64,000 nucleotides of DNA from Prochloron sp. Its GTDB lineage: Bacteria > Cyanobacteriota > Cyanobacteriia > Cyanobacteriales > Prochloraceae. Within the stretch, counting starts at the first letter, position 1. The number at the start of each line of letters is the position of its first letter. The stretch is from positions 2,656,666 through 2,720,665 of the forward strand of contig OZ240666.1 in assembly GCA_965198675.1 (NCBI GenBank). The letters run 5' to 3'. The position numbers and the translations under genes were made by a program. Below the pieces are notes generated by a model, which saw nothing but the letters and a program-made list of their open reading frames with translations, was not told the origin of the DNA and searched no databases. Shown in pieces: positions 38,422-48,300 of this stretch.

Positions 38422-40329
38422 ATGACTAACCCAGAATGGCAAGACCACTTTGATGTTATTATAATTGGCGCCGGTCATGCAGGCTGTGAAGCAGCCTTAG
38501 CTAGCGCACGGTTAGGTTGTCGTACCCTTATGGTCACCCTCAACCTAGACAAAATCGCTTGGCAACCCTGTAACCCAGCCGTAGGAGGTCCAGCTAAGTC
38601 CCAGCTTGCCATGGAAGTGGACGCTTTAGGGGGAGAAATTGCCAAAATGGCGGACCGTACCTACCTGCAAAAACGGGTGCTGAATAGCTCCCGAGGTCCA
38701 GCAGTGAAAGCTCTGCGTGCCCAAACAGATAAGCGAGAATACGCTGCTGTTATGAAAAATATAGTCGAAAACCAACCCAACCTCACCCTCAGAGAAGCTA
38801 TGGTGACGGACTTGGTTTTGGGAGCAAACGACGAAGTCCAGGGAGTCCAAACCTATTTCGGCAGTGAGTTCCGTGCTCAAGCAGTTATCCTCACTACAGG
38901 CACCTTCCTGGGAGGACGGATCTGGGTTGGCAATAAGTCTATGGCAGCAGGAAGAGCAGGAGAGTTTGCTGCTGTGGGGTTGACGGAAACTCTAAACCGC
39001 TTCGGGTTTGAAACAGGAAGATTAAAAACCGGCACTCCAGCCCGAGTAGACTCCCGTTCCGTAGACTATAGGAAAATGACTCCTCAGCCTCCGGACCAGG
39101 AGTTACGGTGGTTTAGCTTCGACCCGGAGGTGTGGGTAGAACGGGAGCAAATGAACTGTTATCTTACCCGTACCACCCCAGCAACCCACCAACTCATTAA
39201 AGATAACCTGCACCTCACTCCCGTTTATGGGGGTTGGGTGGAGGCAAAGGGACCTCGGTATTGTCCTAGTATAGAAGATAAAATTGTCCGCTTTGCCGAT
39301 AAGGAAAGCCACCAAATCTTTATTGAACCAGAAGGACGGTCTCTGCCAGAATTATACATCCAAGGTTTCTCCACCGGACTGCCAGAGCAATTACAATTAG
39401 AGCTACTCCATACCCTCCCAGGACTGGAAAATTGTACTATGGTTCGTCCTGCCTATGCGGTAGAATATGACTATCTCCCAGCTACCCAATGCTACCCCAC
39501 CTTAATGACCAAGAAAATCCAGGGGCTGTTTACAGCAGGACAAATTAATGGTACCACAGGCTATGAAGAAGCAGCTGCCCAGGGTATTGTAGCGGGAATA
39601 AACGCTGCCAAGTACGTCCGGGGAGAAACTATGGAAGTGTTTCCCCGAGAAAGTAGTTACTTGGGTACCTTAATTGATGATTTGTGTACCAAAGACCTGC
39701 GAGAACCCTACCGTATGCTCACCAGTCGTTCTGAGTATCGCCTATTATTACGTTCAGATAATGCAGACCGACGGTTGACTCCCTTGGGAAGGAAACTGGG
39801 ATTAATAGATACCCGACGTTGGGAGTTATTCTGCCACAAACAGGAGCAAATAGCCCAGGAAAAAACCAGATTGGACCAAACTAAGATAAAAGAAAGGGAC
39901 GAAGTGGCCCAGGCTATTATGGCAGCCACAGGACAAAAAATCAAAAATTCCCTTAGCCTTTCAGACTTGCTCCGTCGTCCTGGCTTCCACTATCTTAACC
40001 TAGAGCAGTACGGTTTAGGCAATGATTCCTTAGCCGAACCCGAGAAAGAAGGAGCAGAAATAGATATTAAGTATTCTGGGTATATTCAGCGTCAACAAAA
40101 GCAAATCGACCTTCAGACTCGTCAAAGTAACCGTAAATTACCTACAGATATAGACTACATGAATATTCAGACCTTGTCCATGGAAGCTCGGGAGAAATTA
40201 AATAAGGTACGTCCCCTAACCATAGGACAAGCGGCTCGGTGTGGAGGGGTTAACCCAGCAGATGTGAATGCTTTGTTGGTATATTTGGAGGTTTCACGCC
40301 GAGGCGCAGAGGCGCAAAGGGGAGGATGA
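38422..40329 (+). CDS. mnmG: tRNA uridine-5-carboxymethylaminomethyl(34) synthesis enzyme MnmG (GidA)
   Basis: [22 protein letters not shown].., [11 protein letters not shown] and [15 protein letters not shown] are present. The last roughly 10 codons ([11 protein letters not shown]) come from a GAGGCGCAGAGGCGCAAAGG dispersed repeat. Confidence 0.95.
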   Translation: MTNPEWQDHFDVIIIGAGHAGCEAALASARLGCRTLMVTLNLDKIAWQPCNPAVGGPAKSQLAMEVDALGGEIAKMADRTYLQKRVLNSSRGPAVKALRAQTDKREYAAVMKNIVENQPNLTLREAMVTDLVLGANDEVQGVQTYFGSEFRAQAVILTTGTFLGGRIWVGNKSMAAGRAGEFAAVGLTETLNRFGFETGRLKTGTPARVDSRSVDYRKMTPQPPDQELRWFSFDPEVWVEREQMNCYLTRTTPATHQLIKDNLHLTPVYGGWVEAKGPRYCPSIEDKIVRFADKESHQIFIEPEGRSLPELYIQGFSTGLPEQLQLELLHTLPGLENCTMVRPAYAVEYDYLPATQCYPTLMTKKIQGLFTAGQINGTTGYEEAAAQGIVAGINAAKYVRGETMEVFPRESSYLGTLIDDLCTKDLREPYRMLTSRSEYRLLLRSDNADRRLTPLGRKLGLIDTRRWELFCHKQEQIAQEKTRLDQTKIKERDEVAQAIMAATGQKIKNSLSLSDLLRRPGFHYLNLEQYGLGNDSLAEPEKEGAEIDIKYSGYIQRQQKQIDLQTRQSNRKLPTDIDYMNIQTLSMEAREKLNKVRPLTIGQAARCGGVNPADVNALLVYLEVSRRGAEAQRGG

Positions 40330-41333
40330 AGATGACTCGGATTTTGGTTACGGGAGGAGCAGGATATATCGGTTCCCATGGGGTGTTAGCTTTAAAGGAA
40401 AGGGGCTATGATGTCATCGTTCTGGATAATCTGGTTTATGGACATCGGCATATAGTGGAGGATGTGTTAGAAGTGGAACTGGTTGTAGGGGATACTAAGG
40501 ATGCAAGATTGCTAGATAACCTCTTTGCTACCCGAGATATTGCCGCAGTAATGCATTTCGCTGCTTACGCTTATGTGGGAGAATCAGTAACAGATCCAGG
40601 GAAATACTACCGCAATAACGTCGTCGGTACCCTTACCCTCTTAGAAGCCATGGTAGCTGCCGGAGTCCAAAACCTGGTCTTCTCCTCCACCTGCGCCACC
40701 TATGGTGTTCCCCAGGAAATACCTATGACCGAGTCTCATCCCCAAAACCCCATTAATCCCTACGGAACCAGTAAGTTAATGGTAGAATGGATGCTCAAGG
40801 ATTTCGATAGGGCGTATGGTTTGAAATCAGTGATATTTCGTTACTTTAATGCTTCCGGAGCTGCTCCCAATGGTTTAATAGGGGAGGACCATACCCCGGA
40901 AACCCATTTAATTCCCTTAATTCTCTATACTGCTTTAGGGAAGCGTCCCCACCTTTCTATCTTCGGTACCGATTACCCCACTCCTGACGGTACCTGTATC
41001 CGAGATTATATTCACGTCAGCGACTTAGCGATCGCCCACATTTTGGGTTTGGAATACCTATTTAAATCAGGAAAGACAGAGGTGTTTAATTTAGGTAATG
41101 GTAACGGCTTTTCCGTCAGAGAGGCGATCGCCAAAGCTAGAGAGGTAACCCAGAAAGAAATCCCCGTAATAGAGAGGGATCATCGTCCGGGGGATCCACC
41201 TATATTAGTAGGAAGTAGCGAGAAAGCGAAGAAGATCCTCCGTTGGCAGCCCCAATATTCGGATTTAAGAGATATAATAGCCCATGCTTGGCAATGGCAT
41301 CAAAACCAGTTACCAGTTACCAGTGACCAGTGA
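40326..41333 (+). CDS. galE: UDP-glucose 4-epimerase
   Basis: [23 protein letters not shown] and [15 protein letters not shown] are present. The likely true start is the ATG at 40332. The last 8 codons and the TGA lie inside the heptamer array. Confidence 0.92.
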   Translation: MKMTRILVTGGAGYIGSHGVLALKERGYDVIVLDNLVYGHRHIVEDVLEVELVVGDTKDARLLDNLFATRDIAAVMHFAAYAYVGESVTDPGKYYRNNVVGTLTLLEAMVAAGVQNLVFSSTCATYGVPQEIPMTESHPQNPINPYGTSKLMVEWMLKDFDRAYGLKSVIFRYFNASGAAPNGLIGEDHTPETHLIPLILYTALGKRPHLSIFGTDYPTPDGTCIRDYIHVSDLAIAHILGLEYLFKSGKTEVFNLGNGNGFSVREAIAKAREVTQKEIPVIERDHRPGDPPILVGSSEKAKKILRWQPQYSDLRDIIAHAWQWHQNQLPVTSDQ

Positions 41334-41613
41334 CCAGTGACCAGTGACCAGTGACCAGTGACCAGTGACCAGTGACCAGTTACCAGTTACCAGTGACCAG
41401 TGACCAGTGACCAGTGACCAGTTACCAGTGACCAGTGACCAGTGACCAGTGACCAGTGACCAGTTACCAGTGACCAGTGACCAGTGACCAGTGACCAGTT
41501 ACCAGTGACCAGTTACCAGTGACCAGTTACCAGTGACCAGTGACCAGTTACCAGTGACCAGTTACCAGTGACCAGTTACCAGTTACCAGTTACCAGTTAC
41601 CAGTTACCAGTTA
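41306..41613. repeat. heptamer array, 44 units of two variants (CCAGTTA = A, CCAGTGA = B)
   Basis: By hand parsing the order is AABBBBBBBBAABBBBABBBBBABBBBABABABBABABAAAAAA. Variant A is the reverse complement of the unit at 16593-16763. Confidence 0.95.
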
Positions 41614-41691
41614 GGGGCAGGGCAATGCCGTGGCTGTATAACATAACACAACTTGTTTTATATAAACTAATTTATTTTTATTTATGTATAT

Positions 41692-42006
41692 TTAATTAAT
41701 AGCATAGTCTGTAAACTGGCCCATGAAGGGGGAGTGCATTCCTAAAACAATATCTTGCTTGCTCACACCCTGTTGAACCCAGATTTTACCTTTTTTAATC
41801 TGTACATGAATTGCACAACCCCTGCTCATGCCAAGCCTGGCCTGAGCAGGCCTTATTTTACCTCTCCAACCAATAGGTCGCAATTGATAATGATTACGTT
41901 CTTTATCTACAATCAGATGCACTTCAATGTCATCATTGGATTGATATTGAGTATATTTAGATAAAATTTCTTGAAGGTATTGACGATATTGTTCTACCTT
42001 TTCCAT
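41692..42006 (-). CDS. xisI: XisI-like protein (probably degenerate: one insertion, one deletion)
   Basis: MEKVEQYRQYLQEILSKY..DIEVHLIVDKERNHYQL..IGW and ..GCAIHVQIKKGKIWVQQ match XisI. The segment GKIRPAQARLGMSR is encoded by the palindrome CCTGCTCATGCC..CCTGAGCAGG (41821-41850). About 14 aa normally found after IW.Q are missing. Confidence 0.55.
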   Translation of the reverse strand: MEKVEQYRQYLQEILSKYTQYQSNDDIEVHLIVDKERNHYQLRPIGWRGKIRPAQARLGMSRGCAIHVQIKKGKIWVQQGVSKQDIVLGMHSPFMGQFTDYAIN

Positions 42007-42391
42007 TTGTTTATCACCTCGTTGTCTGGAGCGACAATCATGCAGGCTAATCTGTTGTTGTTGAATTAGCTTTTGATTAAATGGTAAAGAAAGAAATGTA
42101 TAATAGGTTTCTACTGGACAAGCTAAATAAAGTTTGCGCTCCGGTTCTACTTCAGTAAATAAACTGTCTCCGAGCTGGATAGAAATCAGTAATACTTGAT
42201 TCGTTTAAAAAACTTTTGACTTCAACTGCAATTTTCTCCTGGTCTTTGTTCGCTGTAATAATTCGTTCTGCACCCAGATCGACATCCATCTGAATTGTAC
42301 CGATTTTGATTGGCATTTGGTCATGGGTAATAGTTTATCCCTCTTTTTCGAGGGCGTGTTTCACAACAGTGTGGAATAAGTCTTTAGCTGC
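41994..42391 (-). pseudogene. xisH: xisH remnant with a stop and multiple frameshifts
   Basis: The pieces are AAKDLFHTVVKHALEKEG*TITHDQMPIKIGTIQMDVDLGAERIITANKDQEKIAVEVKSFLNESSITDF.., ..TEVEPERKLYLACPVETYYTFLSLPFNQKLIQQQQISL.. and ..MIVAPDNEVINKWKR*. They lie in three frames. A TAA replaces the Trp of the conserved GWTITHD. Confidence 0.65.
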
Positions 42392-42538
42392 CACATCATC
42401 AGGTTTTGAACTAACTTCTTGCCATACTCCAGCAGGAACCAAGATTTCCTCAAAAAGTTGGGGCAGAAAATAAGCTTGTTGGCTCTTAAATAATACAATG
42501 AGGGGAGAAGCATTAATGATTATCTGCCGAATTAACAT
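42392..42538 (-). pseudogene. PIN-domain (DUF3368-like) toxin N-terminal fragment fused in frame to the xisH remnant
   Basis: LIRQIIINASPLIVLFKSQQAYFLPQLFEEILVPAGVWQEV is the typical start of DUF3368 PIN proteins. It breaks off after about 48 aa. Confidence 0.5.
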
Positions 42539-42704
42539 GGTCTAGCTCTTCTTGTAATTCTTGGGGAATATATTGCATAAAATCGACTCGATAGTAAGCC
42601 AAGGATGCTAGTAGTTGACTTCTGGTGACTCCGGCAATTTCAGCAGCTTTACTTTGAGAGATTTCTCCAAGTTCGTACCACTTAATTGCAGCAGCAAGAC
42701 GCAT
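42513..42704 (-). CDS. UPF0175-family antitoxin-like protein (5' part possibly disrupted)
   Basis: MRLAAAIKWYELGEISQSKAAEIAGVTRSQLLASLAYYRVDFMQY matches UPF0175. The same frame is open upstream to ..FELPETVFSSRRKSPDEFIQE, but it is cut by a TAA inside a dispersed repeat at about 42775-42825. Confidence 0.5.
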   Translation of the reverse strand: MRLAAAIKWYELGEISQSKAAEIAGVTRSQLLASLAYYRVDFMQYIPQELQEELDHVNSADNH

Positions 42705-42979
42705 CTCTTGAATAAATTCATCGGGAGATTTGCGCCGAGATGAAAAGACTGTTTCTGGGAGTTCAAAGTTCGGGGGACGCCAAGAGCGGGACGCTTACGC
42801 AAAGCTTCGCAATCGGGGAAAAAGAAAGCCTTATAGAACAAGGCTTTTATGATTTGTTCGTCATCTGAACTTGTCTCAATCGCCCAGGCGGTTGCTATAA
42901 TACTAACAGATTTCAGCTTTTGGGGCAATATTGCCCACCATATTCTATCTTTTTTTCGCTCCTGTTCGATAAAACTGTT

Positions 42980-45319
42980 TTAACCGAAGACGCGACTCCC
43001 GAACACTACATAGGTCTCTCCTGCATAACGATTGCCGTTGAGGTCAGCATGATAAGCGCCGATAATTAGGTCGTCGATACCATCCCCGTTGATGTCCCCA
43101 GCTCCGCTCACTGACCTGCCTGAAAAGTCAAGGCTATCAATACCATTCAGGACGAAGCCGTTGTTACCATCTAGGTCCGATAGTTCTAAGCTAGCATTAA
43201 ATCCTTCATTACTCCCGAAGATTACATAGGTCTCTCCTGCATCCCGATTGCCGTTGGGGTCAGCATCACGAGCGCCGATAATGAGGTCATCGATACTATC
43301 CCCGTTAATGTCCCCAGCACCGCTTACTGACCAGCCTGAAAAGTCACCGATATCAATACCATTCAGGACGAAGCCGTTGCTACCATTTAGGTTCGATAGT
43401 TCTAAGCTAGCATCAAATTCTTCATCGCTCCCGAACACTACATAGGTCTCTCCTGCACTATCATTGCCGTTGGGGTCAGCATGATAAGCGCCGATAATTA
43501 GGTCGTCGATACCATCCCCGTTGATGTCTCCCGCTCCACTTACTGACCTGCCTGAACGGTCAAAGCTATCAATACCATTCAGGACGAAGCCGTTGCTACC
43601 ATTTAGGTTAGATAGGTCTAAGCTGGCTGTAAATCCTGAGGTACTCCCGAAGACTACATAGGTCTCTCCTGCTCCCTCAATGTCGTTGGGGTCAGCACCA
43701 AAAGCGCCGATAATGAGATCATGGATACCATCCCCGTTGATGTCCCCTGCTCCACTCACAGACCTGCCTGAACGGTCAGAGTTATCAATACCATTGAGGA
43801 CGAAGCCGTTGCTACCATCTAGGCTAGATAGGTCTAAGCTAGGGTCAAATCCTTCATCACTCCCGAAGACTACATAGGTCTCTCCTGCACTACCATTACC
43901 GTTGGGGTCAGCCAAAAATGCGCCGATAATCAGGTCATCGATACCATCCCCGTTGATGTCCCCAGCACCACTGACTGAAAAGCCTGATTCGTCATGGCTA
44001 TCAATACCATTGATAACAAAACCGTTGCTACCATTTAGGCTAGATAAGTCAAAGCTAGCATTAAATCCTGAATCACTCCCGAAGACTACATAGGTCTCTC
44101 CTGCTAAAGTATCGCGCTTGGGGTCAGCACCATGAGCGCCGATAATGAGGTCATCGAAACCATCCCCGTTGATGTCCCCTGCACCGCTTACAGAAAAGCC
44201 TGATTTGTCACTCCTATCAATACCATTGAGAACAAAACCGTTGCTACCATTTAGGTCGGATAGTTCTAAGCTAGGGTCAAATCCCTCATTACTACCGAAG
44301 ACTACATAGGTCTCTCCTGCACTACGATTGCCGTTGGGGTTAGCCTCCCAAGCGCCGATAATGAGGTCATGGATACCATCCCCGTTGATGTCTCCTGCTC
44401 CACTCACAGACTCCCCTGAAGTGTCACGGCTATCAATACCATTGAGAACAAAGCCATTGCTACCATCTAAGTCTGAGAGGTTAAACTCTACCAGTTGATT
44501 CACAGTAAAGGAGGTGACCATATCTTCAGAACCCAAAAGATTGCCTGCTCGGTCCGTCACTTGGGCGCTTTTAATGACAATACTGTATTCTCCCACTTCC
44601 AAGGCTGAGTAGGTGAGTTGAACCGTTCTGTCTCCAGAGCGCAACTGGATATTTTCTGGTGTAATAGCGTCTCCTTCAGCGTTCAGTAACTGGAAGTTTT
44701 CAGCTGTCACGGTTGCTTCAGCTAATGCTTCGTTAAACTGAATTTCCACCCGACGAGTATTAAAGGGTGCAGTTTCTCCATCCGCTGGAGTGATACTCTC
44801 AATTACAGGACCAAAGGTATCCGGTACCAGGTTAAAACTAAGTTTATTAGAAAGAGCTGTATTACCTCCTGTATCCGTGGCTCGCGCTTGTACTTCTACT
44901 ATGGCAGCATCTGGGTCGTTACTCAGGGCAATAGCTGCTAACTCAAAGGGGAAGGAAACGTCATTACTCACCACTTCTCCATTGACTAACAATTCTACAT
45001 GACCCACCTGCACGTCATCGGTAACAGTTGCTATGATGGGAATGTCCCTTCCTTCGGTAACTTGAACCCCTTCTGTATCCGGGTCTACATCTGTTACTCC
45101 ACTACTAATAGTAATGGTTGGAGCTTCACCTTGGGCATCAAAGGGCAGATAGTTAATTACCTGCAAATCTCCGTTATCATCAGCCACATAGGCAATACCT
45201 CCTGCTATGGCAATATCTCGGGTAAACCCTGGGGTATCGAATCGAGTTAAAAAAGTATTTGTATTTTTCGGGTCAGATATATCGTACACTGATAAACCCA
45301 GACGTTCTGAGGCTACCAA
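42980..45319 (-). CDS. C-terminal part of a giant surface protein: LVIVD repeat, Ig-like domains, about nine FG-GAP/integrin-alpha-type repeats
   Basis: The unit ..L(D/N)GSNGFVLNGID..D.SG.SVSGAGDINGDGI.DLIIGA..ADPNGN..AGETYVVFGS recurs about 9 times. The frame is open upstream to 45372 and continues the LVIVD repeats of the preceding ORF. Confidence 0.75.
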   Translation of the reverse strand: MVASERLGLSVYDISDPKNTNTFLTRFDTPGFTRDIAIAGGIAYVADDNGDLQVINYLPFDAQGEAPTITISSGVTDVDPDTEGVQVTEGRDIPIIATVTDDVQVGHVELLVNGEVVSNDVSFPFELAAIALSNDPDAAIVEVQARATDTGGNTALSNKLSFNLVPDTFGPVIESITPADGETAPFNTRRVEIQFNEALAEATVTAENFQLLNAEGDAITPENIQLRSGDRTVQLTYSALEVGEYSIVIKSAQVTDRAGNLLGSEDMVTSFTVNQLVEFNLSDLDGSNGFVLNGIDSRDTSGESVSGAGDINGDGIHDLIIGAWEANPNGNRSAGETYVVFGSNEGFDPSLELSDLNGSNGFVLNGIDRSDKSGFSVSGAGDINGDGFDDLIIGAHGADPKRDTLAGETYVVFGSDSGFNASFDLSSLNGSNGFVINGIDSHDESGFSVSGAGDINGDGIDDLIIGAFLADPNGNGSAGETYVVFGSDEGFDPSLDLSSLDGSNGFVLNGIDNSDRSGRSVSGAGDINGDGIHDLIIGAFGADPNDIEGAGETYVVFGSTSGFTASLDLSNLNGSNGFVLNGIDSFDRSGRSVSGAGDINGDGIDDLIIGAYHADPNGNDSAGETYVVFGSDEEFDASLELSNLNGSNGFVLNGIDIGDFSGWSVSGAGDINGDSIDDLIIGARDADPNGNRDAGETYVIFGSNEGFNASLELSDLDGNNGFVLNGIDSLDFSGRSVSGAGDINGDGIDDLIIGAYHADLNGNRYAGETYVVFGSRVFG

Positions 45320-45342
45320 AGCTAAACCGGAACCATTTCCAG

Positions 45343-48300
45343 TTACATTCCGAGCGGTAAAAAAGAGATATGCATACTAATTAAAGTAGGTTGATTAGGG
45401 TCGGAAATGTCAATGGTGTGCATACCGCTCCCTGCTAAGTAAGCTACCCCGTTAGCTGCAAATACTCCCACTTCAGAGGAAGCGATTCTTACATTAAGTT
45501 GTCCCAAGATGGTGCTCTCTGTTGGGTCGGTAATATCAATTATGGAGAAGGTATCGGAACCGCTAGTATAACTATAGAGCTTGGTTCCTTCCCGAGCTAG
45601 CCCGGTGACGGTTCCGGAGCCTGGTAGGGTAGCATTGTCCAATTCTGCTCCTGTTAAAAGGTCTATCGCCCTTAAGGAAGTACCAGCGGTGGCATAGACT
45701 ATACCATCGAAGATTTCTACTTGGTTGGCATTGAAGTTGATGGTTCGTCTTAAGGTGGGTACCATGGGGTCGGAGATGTCTACTATTTGTAGTCCGCCGC
45801 TATTGGTAGCTACTGCTGCAATCTTTAACTTGGTATCCACAGCCACGTCTGTTGCGTCTCCTGGTAAGGAGAGTTGACCTTGGATAATGGGGTTATTGAA
45901 TTTTGAGGCATCTATAATGGCTAAACCATGACTTCCTGTAGCCACATAGGCAGTTTGTCCGGATTCTGAGCCAGTGTCTCCTTCTACTACTACTGCTTTG
46001 GCTTCTCCTTGGAGGGGTAAACTGGCAATAATGCCTGTGGGAAACCCCACATCGGTGAGGGGATCCAGCCCTTGTTGGATTTCCTGGAAGTCGTCTATGC
46101 CGTCTTTATCCGTATCTGATGAGTTGGGGGAGCTACCTATGGCAAATTCTACATCATCTGGTAACCCATCACCATCACTATCTTCCTCGTAGCTGCCATG
46201 AAATACCATAGTGCCCGTAAAACTAACCCGACCCCCACTAGGAGGTAAATTACCTCCGTGAGAACCTACAAGACCAGTGACAGGGTCAAAGATGACGACG
46301 TAGTAACGAGTTTCCGCAGGTAAGAAAAATTTGTAGATGCCAGCATCGTCACTAACTGTACGAAGTTCAAAGGGATTGGGTAATTCGGGGAATTCTACAG
46401 CTATGAAGTCGTTGCGCCACTCAGGATAGACAACTTCGTCTAAACTAGTGCCCACGAGGCTAAAACGGGGGTTATGGGGGGCGTTGGTGAGAATTTCCAC
46501 GATGGCCCGATCTAATCCCACGGTGTTGGGGTCGAATTTAAAGTCTCCAAAGGTGAAGCTTTCCCCGAAGTTGAGGCTGACGGGATTATCCAGGGAGCTG
46601 GTCATGGTAAAGGCGTCTTCACCTTCTAGAATCCGGAAACCAGTAATGGTTAGGGGCTGGGCACCATGATTGGTAATGGTGACCACTTCGCTTATATGGG
46701 CGGTTTCGCCCTCTACGGGTACTCCACCGAAATTGTTGTTTGAGTTTTCGGATATACTCACCTCAGGGGAAGGTGTGGGGGAAATCCCAATTCCATTGAG
46801 CTTGATTTCATAGATAGGGTCAAGTTCGTCATTGCTAGAGATAATGAGGGTATCTGTGAAGGTACCCACCTTTGTGGGGTCGAACTGGATCCGAAGGGTG
46901 GTCTTTTCTCTTGGAGCTAGGTTTTTGTCAATGGTTTCGGGAGCTAGAATAGAGAATCCTTGAGCACCGTCTGCCAAAGTAATTGAGTTAATGATTAGGG
47001 GAACAATGTTACCACTATTGGTTAGCACTAAATCTATTGTATGGTTAGCTCCACCAAGCCCGTCGGCAGCAATTGGACCAGTGGAAACTTTTCGGGGGAA
47101 GAGAGAGTGATTCCCAAATTTAACTCTTATTCTAGGATAACGGCGATTTGGATCGGGTACGGGAATAAGCCCCACCTGACTATTAGGCAAATTCAAGTTC
47201 TTTTTATACAACTGGAGAGCTTCGGTGAGAGGTTTATCTCCATTGGAATGCATACCTAATGCCGCCCGAAGTAGATCTATATGACTGTCCTCAAAGGCAG
47301 TGGGAGTATCATCATATTTACCTAAGAATCCCATAATGTCATTGGGTTTCACATTGCTAGGAACTTCTTGTGCATCAACAAAATAAGCATTACTTAGGCA
47401 AAAAGTATGAGCAAGTTCATGGCTAACGGCTTGGGCAACCAACTGAGCAAATGTTGCTTGAGAAGTCCAGTCAACGTTTACTCCAACAGAAAGATTAGCT
47501 TTGTTAATTTGACGTTGATTGAGTGATTCAGCCAAAACCCATTGTTTTGCTGCATTGCTGATAGGCACCGTGCTGGGTAGCAGCCTTTCTAGTCTTAATT
47601 TGTCTGCATCAGACTCTGCAAAACCACCAATTATTCGACCCATTCCCGTCGTGTTAAGCCCAATGGTAGGATCAGAGAAAGAATCCTCCCAAGTTATCTT
47701 GATGTCTGACTCAGAGAACTTGCCAATTTTGTAGCCAGTTACTCCAGTCCCTTGATTAACTGCACTATAGGTACTATCGACAGCCTCGAATAATGCATTG
47801 GCTTCTTCCGTTAACTTGCGATTAAGTTGCTCATCCGTATAGTCATCCCCAGGGAGGAAGCCAGCAAAATGGGTCTTGAACTGATTCGAAGTCTCTAGGA
47901 TACTACCGTTGACAAACCTGTATTTAAAGACATCATCTGCTGTCAATATCTCCTCATCAGGGCCCTCCAGCCTCTCTAGAGTCAGGAGAACTACTTTGAG
48001 TTCGGCCTTATAGCCCTCAAGATTAAGATCAATCTTCGTTGGTGCCGTACTTGTAGCTTGAGTAACAATTTCTCCAACTTCTATATCCGAGGAGCTATCA
48101 GGAGTATCAACCTCAATATTAATTGTGCCCGCATATGTAACACTTGAGGATGGATCGAACTTCCAGACAGCTTCACCACGGCCAGAAATAGGCTTACCAA
48201 GGTCAAAAACTGATAAACGCACATCAAAAGTTGTCTTTTCACTTTCCGGCAAATCGTAGTTAACATTCTTAGTGCGCTCAAACCCATCCGTTAAAGTTCG

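Noticed and set aside
40326-40329. ATGA overlap between mnmG and galE as evidence of translational coupling
   Set aside because: The overlap is created by the repeat-derived tail of mnmG. galE most likely starts at the second ATG (40332, [14 protein letters not shown]).
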